Positions 57,310 through 64,000 of a stretch of DNA of 64,000 nucleotides are shown one piece after another (the first letter of the stretch is position 1; each line of letters starts with the position of its first letter). The stretch comes from Felis catus. Lineage: Eukaryota. Below the pieces are notes generated by a model. It was not told the origin of the DNA and did not search any database. It was given only the letters and a program-made list of their open reading frames with translations. The position numbers were made by a program, and so were the translations under genes. Where the stretch lies: positions 26,166,001-26,230,000 of the forward strand of contig NC_058383.1 in assembly GCF_018350175.1 (NCBI RefSeq). Direction: 5' to 3'.

Positions 57310-58420
57310 TGATTAACAAACATGCAAAAGAATGAGTTTGGACCCCTGCTTCACAGTATATATATAAAAATGAACTCAAATGGATTAAAAATCTAAATGG
57401 TAATGCTAAAACACATAGAAGAAGACATAAGAGTAAATCTGTGTGACTTTGGATTAGATTAGTTTTCTGCATAGGATGCCAAAAGCATAAAGCAACAAAA
57501 GAAAAAAACAGATAGATTGGACTTAATCAAAATAAAAACTTTGGTGCTTTCAAAGAATACTATCAAGAAGGTAAAAGACAACCCACAGAATGAGCAAGAA
57601 TGTTTGCAAATCATAGATCGGATAAGGGATTTGTATTTAGACTATATAAAGAACGCTTTAAGAACTCAACGATAAGAGCCCAATTAAAAATAGGCAAAGG
57701 ATTTGAATAGATGCATCTTTAAAGAAGACACAGGCCACTAGCATTTGAAAAGAGGTGTAAGATCATTAGTCATAGGGAAAACCACAATGAGATACCACTA
57801 GTGTGGCCAGTGGGTAGTGTGGCGCTGCTCAAATAGTGGAAAATAACGTGTCGGCAAGGGTGTAGAGGAATTGGATCTGCACACACTGCAATGGACACGT
57901 GAAGTGGTGCAGCCCCCTTTGGAAAACAGTCTGGCAGTTCCTCAGACAGTTAAATACGGAGTTACCATGTGACACGGTGACGCCTCTCCTAGGTATAAAC
58001 CCCAAAGAAATGACAGCATATATTCAAACAAATACATATTCACGAATGATTGTGGCAACGTTATTCATAATAGCCAAAAAGTGGAAACAATCCAAATGTT
58101 CACCAGCTGATGAGTAGATGAGCAACATGTAGCCTATCCATACGATAGAATATAAACTGGTCATAAAAACCCTTCAAAACATGATGGTTGGGTACAAAGT
58201 TTCAGAATGGAAAGAGGAAAATAGTGAAGGCAGACGGTGGTGTGAATGTACTTACTGACACTGACCTCTACACATAAAAATGGTTAAATGATAGGGATGC
58301 CTGGGTGGTTCAGTCACTTAAGTGTCCGACTCATGACTTTGGCTCAGGTCATGATCTCACAGTTGATGATTTCAAGCCCCACATCGTGCTCTGTGCTGAC
58401 ACTGTGGATCCTGCTTGGGA

Positions 58421-58451
<31 letters not shown>

Positions 58452-58862
58452 CCCCCCTCTCTGTGCCCCTCCCATTTGCACTGTCTCTCAAAATAAATAA
58501 ATAAAAACTTAAAATGTTTAAATGATGTTATGTATAGCTTACCACAATTAAAAAAAAAAAAATGCTAAGTGAAGGAAGCCAGACACAAAAGGCTAAGATT
58601 GTAGGATTCTGTGTATATGAAAATGTTCAGCAGAGGCAAATCCATAGTGACAGAAAATAACCTAGTGGTTGCCTAGGGTTGTAAAGAATGGCGGGACACG
58701 AGGACCAATTGCTTTTGGATACAGTTTCTTTTTGGGGTGATGAATGTTCTAGAATTAGCTGGTGGTGGTGGCTGTACAACCTTGTGAACAAATTTTTAAA
58801 AACTGCTGAATTGTACACTTTAAAATGGTGAATTTTATGGAATGTGAATCATAGCAATAAAA
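57310..58862 (+). mobile_element. old L1 (L1M-type) ORF2 end and 3'UTR with nested CanSINE (58293-58510)
   Basis: PLWKTVWQFLRQLNTELP...LFIIAKKWKQSKC remnant. Confidence 0.85.
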
Positions 58863-59549
58863 AATAGACGATTTATAGTTATATATAGTTTTATGCCGTA
58901 TTTGAAAGCCAATTTCAATCCAGTCTGTTGAATGGGGGAACGATTTCCTTAACGTGCCACCCTTCTGTAGCCTGTAGAAGCCTCAATCTTCTGAGATGCT
59001 CTTGCTGTTTCTTGCCCTCCCATATCAAAGCTAATTCTGTAAGTATTGCAGTCAGGAGTCTTAGTCATATAAAGACATTTTGTACAATACTTATTAAAAG
59101 CCCAGATTTGCTGCCGTTTGTTTAGCACCTGCTTCAGAACTGATGGCTGATGTTTTATGCTTCTGAGAGCTTCCAGAACAAGACCAGAGAGATTTTCTGA
59201 ATCCTCCCGGGATTGTTTATAATTCCATTACAGATTGTCCTCGTGTATTAACAAGGTAATCTTGTCTTTCCCTTACTTTACTGCTCTGACCTTTCAGGGA
59301 AAATGTGATTTCAAAATTGGACACCATCCAAAGATGATGCCAGGAGGACAAAGGATGTTATTCTTGCAAGCAGGATAGTTCCAAAGAGGCAACCTGAGCT
59401 ATAGTTCTTTGCATGTCTTGGATTCCCTTGCTGTTTAAAGTGTGGTCCACAGACCAACAGCTAGTGGCATCACCTGGCAACACTTTAGCAATGCAGAATT
59501 TAGGGCTCCTCCCCAGACTTTCTGAATTAGAATCTGCATTTTGACAAGA

Positions 59550-60005
59550 TGTGGTGGTTTTCCAATCTGGCCAGAAATTCCTGGATACTCCCCTGTTCAG
59601 TGGAGCCTTGTTCCCCTTGCCTTGAATGTGGGCTGTACTTAGTGACTTGTTTCTAACAAGCGGTAGAAATGATGGAGTGTGACTGCCAAGGCTGCTGGCT
59701 CATAAAAGACATTGCAGCTTTCACCTTTCTCTCTGAGATCACTCAATTTAGGAAAACATACATGCCAGTAGTCACGTATGTGTGCCATCTTGGGAGTGAA
59801 TCCTGCAGCCCCAGTCGTGCCTTCAGATGATGCAGCCCCTGCTGACATCCTGACTGCAACATCATGAGGGACCCGGATTCCGAATTAGCCAGCTAAGCCA
59901 CTCCTCAGTTTCTGACTCTCAGCAACTATGTTAGATAATGTTTGTTGTTTTCAGCTGCTGAGTTTTGGGGTAATTGGTTAAGTACAGCAATAATTAACCA
60001 ATACA
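59550..60005 (+). mobile_element. MaLR (MLT1-like) solo LTR
   Basis: tgtggtgg...ccttcagatgatgcagccc...gcaataattaaccaataca. Confidence 0.7.
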
Positions 60006-60540
60006 TGACACTTAAGCACATTAGATTTGAGAAGCTGAACTAGACGGTGAACTCCTGGATGGCAGAGACCACGTTAGTCGTTTCCATGCCTTCACAGCTT
60101 AGCACAGTGCCTGACACTCAGTAAATTTTTGCTGGACTAAATACAATTTTCAGTTGCCATTTTTAAAAAATGAAAACTTTTTGTAAAAAAAAAAAAATGC
60201 ACACATCCACATGGTGAAATATTCCAACAGTGCTAAAAGTATTTACAGTGACAAGTAAATCTCTCTGCTGACCACTGTTGCTTTTGGAAACTGACCACTT
60301 GCCTTACTTTGTGATTAGTTGTTAGCAATCTGTCACATAAGACAGTACATTTTTTTCTTTCTCCCCCCTCCCCCACACTTCCCAAAGAAATCGCTGCTTC
60401 GAAATGAAACAATATAAACTACATATAGGTTAAAAAACACACACAAAAAACACTGTTTCCAAACCTATCTCTAGAAGTAACCACTATTAAAAATTCATTG
60501 TGTACCTTTCCAGACTCGTTTTAAAACATCTGTTATTCAG

Positions 60541-60735
60541 GGGCACCTGGGTGGCTCAGTCAGTTAAGCATCCGACTTTGGGTCAGGTCATGGTCTCCTG
60601 TTCATGAGTTCGAGCCCTGCGTCCGGCTCTGTGCTGACAGCTCAGAGCCTGGAGCCTGCTTCAGATTCTGTGTCTCCCCCTCTGCCCCTTCCCTGCTCAC
60701 ACTCTCTCAAAAATAAATAAATGTTAAAAAATAAT
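60541..60735 (+). mobile_element. CanSINE
   Basis: Head, (CT)n, tail. Confidence 0.88.
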
Positions 60736-61631
60736 AATAAGTCTTTTATTCATACATGTACACCTTTGGGTTTGTAGTGTTCCCTGTGCAGAGTGATACT
60801 GTGTGTCTTGATCTGCAGTTTGTGCTTTCCTTTTAGAGACCTATGCTGGCCATCCTTCTAAGACAGGATAGATCCACCTCATCCCTCTGACCCGCTAAGC
60901 CACCACCACTACCGCGACACTGGCCTCCTGCCACCCTGCAGAACTGCTCTAACTGCTTCACCCACCGCATTCCCACCACCGCCCCTCAGAACAGGTACTT
61001 TCCTCACCCCTTTTATGGAGGAGGAGGTGGAAACAGAGTCTGCAGGTGCTGGAGAGCCTCGAACTTAACCACCGGGTCCCTTGCCTTCTAATTTCCTCTC
61101 TTGCTCTGTCAGGTGGACGTTTGGGCTATTAATAGCACCAAATTGGGGGACCTCTGATGCTTTAGGCGACCACCTTTGAACATAGTTCTATGGAATTTCA
61201 GGAGGAGAGACCTCAGGGTTCTTCCCCCTTTTTGGAGGTTCCAAACTTTGTAAGAATGTGATAAAAAGTCTGAATCCTCACCCCATGGCCTCCTTAAGGC
61301 CCTCCTTAAAACTTCTTGATCCGGTGATTTGAGGAGAAGAAAACTTGACCTTTCCCAACAGAGAGGAACAAAAGAAACCTTTCCACAAAACTGCTCTTTT
61401 CTGGCTCTGCCAGAGCACAAGGCGCTTTCCTGCTGAATGTATTTTCAAAGGTTTAAAAGGCTCCTCTTGCCTTCGGGGACGTGCTTCCTCCCACTCCTGT
61501 CTCCCGAAATGGCAGCCCTGCAGGGCTGTGACAGAACACGACAGGTCCTTTGATCTGGGATCGTGTAGGAAGATCAGCTCCCTGGCGCGCCAAGGGCAAT
61601 GGAAGGTCCTGGGCCTCATTGCGCCCGCCTG

Positions 61632-61650
61632 CGGCCACCAGAGGGCGCCC
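61632..61650 (+). promoter_or_regulatory. CTCF core motif (forward) in a small CpG-rich patch
   Basis: CGGCCACCAGAGGGCGCCC, near-consensus; CpGs retained at about 61560-61800. Confidence 0.7.
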
Positions 61651-63029
61651 TCGCCCCGAGTTCTGAGTCCGGGCGCGCAGCCTGCCCTGCTCGTCAGTCC
61701 AGAATGTCCCAGGGACAACGCCTGGTGAGCAAGGCGAGGTCATTGCTACGTGTGGTGATAATCGGGCCCCAGTAGTCCCACCTCCTGATCTCCGCTGTTG
61801 AATGGGAATGGATTGTCACATTTGCACACTGCAGGAGACGGAGGGCTGTTCCAGTCTGCTCTGGCCCACTGACTTGAGAGCATCCCTTATCAGGGAGGAT
61901 GATTCATTTTCTTCTTTAGGAAAGGGAGAGAGGAAAACAGGGCAGGACGATTAGTCTCTGTCTAGGAGTACCACACGGAGAAACCAGCTTCAAGCATCAA
62001 GCAGTATCCAAGGGGCAGTGTTGAATATTTATTCTTCAGTTCATGCTGCTCCCTGGACACACCTTGGTCACACACACCTTCCTCCCATTTGTACGATCCG
62101 CCCTTTTTCCTATGAAGGCGATGAAGGCCATTTGCCCTTCTAAACCGCTTAAGTGACGTCACCCCACACCCTCTCTTATCTCTCCATACTTGAGCTTCTT
62201 GCCCTGGTACTTTATTCTACCATCGTGTGGTCACTACCTGCCTTCCTGACATCTGTCCAACATGTTGTGACCTTATTAAAGTCAAGGGCTGTTCGCACAC
62301 CTCATTGGTCCTCCGCCAATGTGTGATAGATGAATCTTAGCTAAAAGAAAAAAAAGCCCATGTGAACGCATGAGGTGGAAGAAAGTGAATTGACACGAGT
62401 AATTACGAGTAATGACAAACAATCTTCCTGATCTCAGTATGAACAACCTAGACACTGTGGTGGGACCCGATGAGGTGGAGGCCTGAGGTGCAGGCGGTGA
62501 AAGAATTCTGCTCAAGGCAGAACAAAGGAGATACAAGAGCTAGAAGTTTCTTGAATACATTGCAAGGGAGCAAAGTCCAGAGGCAGTGGTGGGGGGTGGG
62601 GGGGAGGCTGGAGTTAAGGAGGAGAGGTGAGGACGTATGGAATGTATGGAATTTTCCTTTTTTGGTACCTGTGCCTAGTTGGAAGTAGCCCATTGGTCAG
62701 CTAGGGCTCGTGCATGTTTTGAGGCGGTTGCCTCCTGAGCCTGTTAGCATTCAGCCCAGTGGTCACTGGGGGCACTTTTACCTTACTTAAGTTTCCATTG
62801 CTCAAGCCTCTTGCCTAAAAGAGGCTTCTACAGAAACTTCTGGATGAAAGGATGAAGTCAGGCAGGAGAGTCAACCTTTGAGTGTCCTCTTGTGCGTCTG
62901 CATCCCAAACCCGGGATGAGCCTGGCCAACATTTAACCTGTGGCCGTGTCTCAAGTCTTCTTCCTCAAAATGCTTTTATTTTTTGCTGCTGTGTTTTGTT
63001 TCTTTAGAATTTCTCTTCATGTGACTTTC

Positions 63030-63240
63030 TTCCTTAAAAAAAAATTATTCATTTATTTTTGAGAGAGAGAGAGTCCATGTGCATACATGTGCTCCTGTGA
63101 GCAGGGGAGGGACAGAGAGAGAGAGAGAGGGAGAGAGAGAATCCCCAGCAGGCTGGCTCTGTGCTGTCAGCACGGAGCCCAACTCAGGAACAGTGAGATC
63201 GTGACCTGAGCTGAAATCAAGAGTTAGACGCTTAACCGAC
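63030..63240 (-). mobile_element. CanSINE lacking its first ~20 nt
   Basis: Flanked by gactttcttcctt repeats. Confidence 0.8.
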
Positions 63241-64000
63241 TTTCTTCCTTTTTTAAAATGTCGATTACATTTCTGGGGCTATACAGAATTTTCTAACTCT
63301 TAATCCTGGAACACTTAACTGGGCATGCTCCATCAGAGTCAACCCTGAGATTAAAAACAAATGTGCATCTGTTCTACCCAGCCTTCCCAAAGCAGGAGCT
63401 CCACGGCTGGCCTGGGGGATAAATGTCTTTTAAAAACTCACATAGGGGCTCTGATGTGCAGGCCCGGTTAAGAATCAGTGGTTTCATTCCAAGGGCTTGA
63501 TTTTAAATCTGCCCCCGAATAGACGCTTTTCCCCTGCTTTACATTTTATTTTTCCAGGCTGATTCGGGATTTCCATTCTGTTCCATTTCTTTCCTGCGCT
63601 GTTTTCTGCTGAGATGTGACTTGTAGTTCCAGTGTTCTCCGGCCCATTCAGTGCCATGACAGCTGGAAACACGGTCTTCATCAGGTGGAAACAATGGTGA
63701 AGAGCGATGCTCCCCGTTCTGCTGGGGGTGGGGGTGGGGAGCAGCCTTTGTGTGATGTTTTCCATGCCTAGCTTCCAACTGGCCTTATTGAAACAATGAA
63801 ACACTGTGTGGAGATGCCACCTGTTGCCCTTGGTTGCTGATGCTCTGTGTAGTGTACATGCTTAAATAAGACGTGGCCACTAAATGAATAATTATCTCAA
63901 TTATTTGGTTTTAAGGGAGCATATTATTATAAGTACTGTGGAGCAAACAAAAACAAAACCTTTAGAACATGAACTTCAGTCCTTTTTTATAACATTTAGA

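Noticed and set aside
749..63240. Recurring 60-100 aa ORFs ([16 protein letters not shown]...) and tRNA-like A/B boxes
   Set aside because: Translations of tRNA-derived CanSINEs; neither a protein family nor true tRNA genes
1..64000. CRISPR arrays, operons or other prokaryote-type systems
   Set aside because: Mammalian intron-exon DNA; direct repeats are TSDs, microsatellites or dispersed TEs, with no repeat-spacer periodicity

Overview
Mammalian genomic DNA, almost certainly from a felid (many Felidae-type CanSINEs and young carnivore L1 3' ends); the species cannot be fixed from the sequence alone. The window holds two + strand spliced genes. TMC7 (transmembrane channel-like 7) coding exons 2-16 span 1135-39599, with exon 1 upstream of the window and a 3'UTR to about 41.65 kb. 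The complete COQ7 gene (di-iron demethoxyubiquinone hydroxylase, 6 coding exons, 46092-55151, 217 aa) starts in a CpG island. I traced every exon by hand: all introns are GT-AG and the phases join into uninterrupted frames. The remainder is about 50 CanSINEs, young and old L1 fragments, L2/MIR, MaLR LTRs, hAT/Tigger MITEs and microsatellites; TE family names are from recalled consensus sequences and TE boundaries are approximate. I see no convincing new biological system. The best second-look items are a fully stop-free COQ7 intron 5, upstream ATGs and a hairpin at the COQ7 5' end, a 5-aa C-terminal extension of TMC7, a SINE in the branch-point zone of TMC7 exon 3, two divergent CTCF motifs bracketing COQ7, a SINE reduced to its head between intact TSDs, and an AT-rich tandem duplication hit by three retrotransposons.
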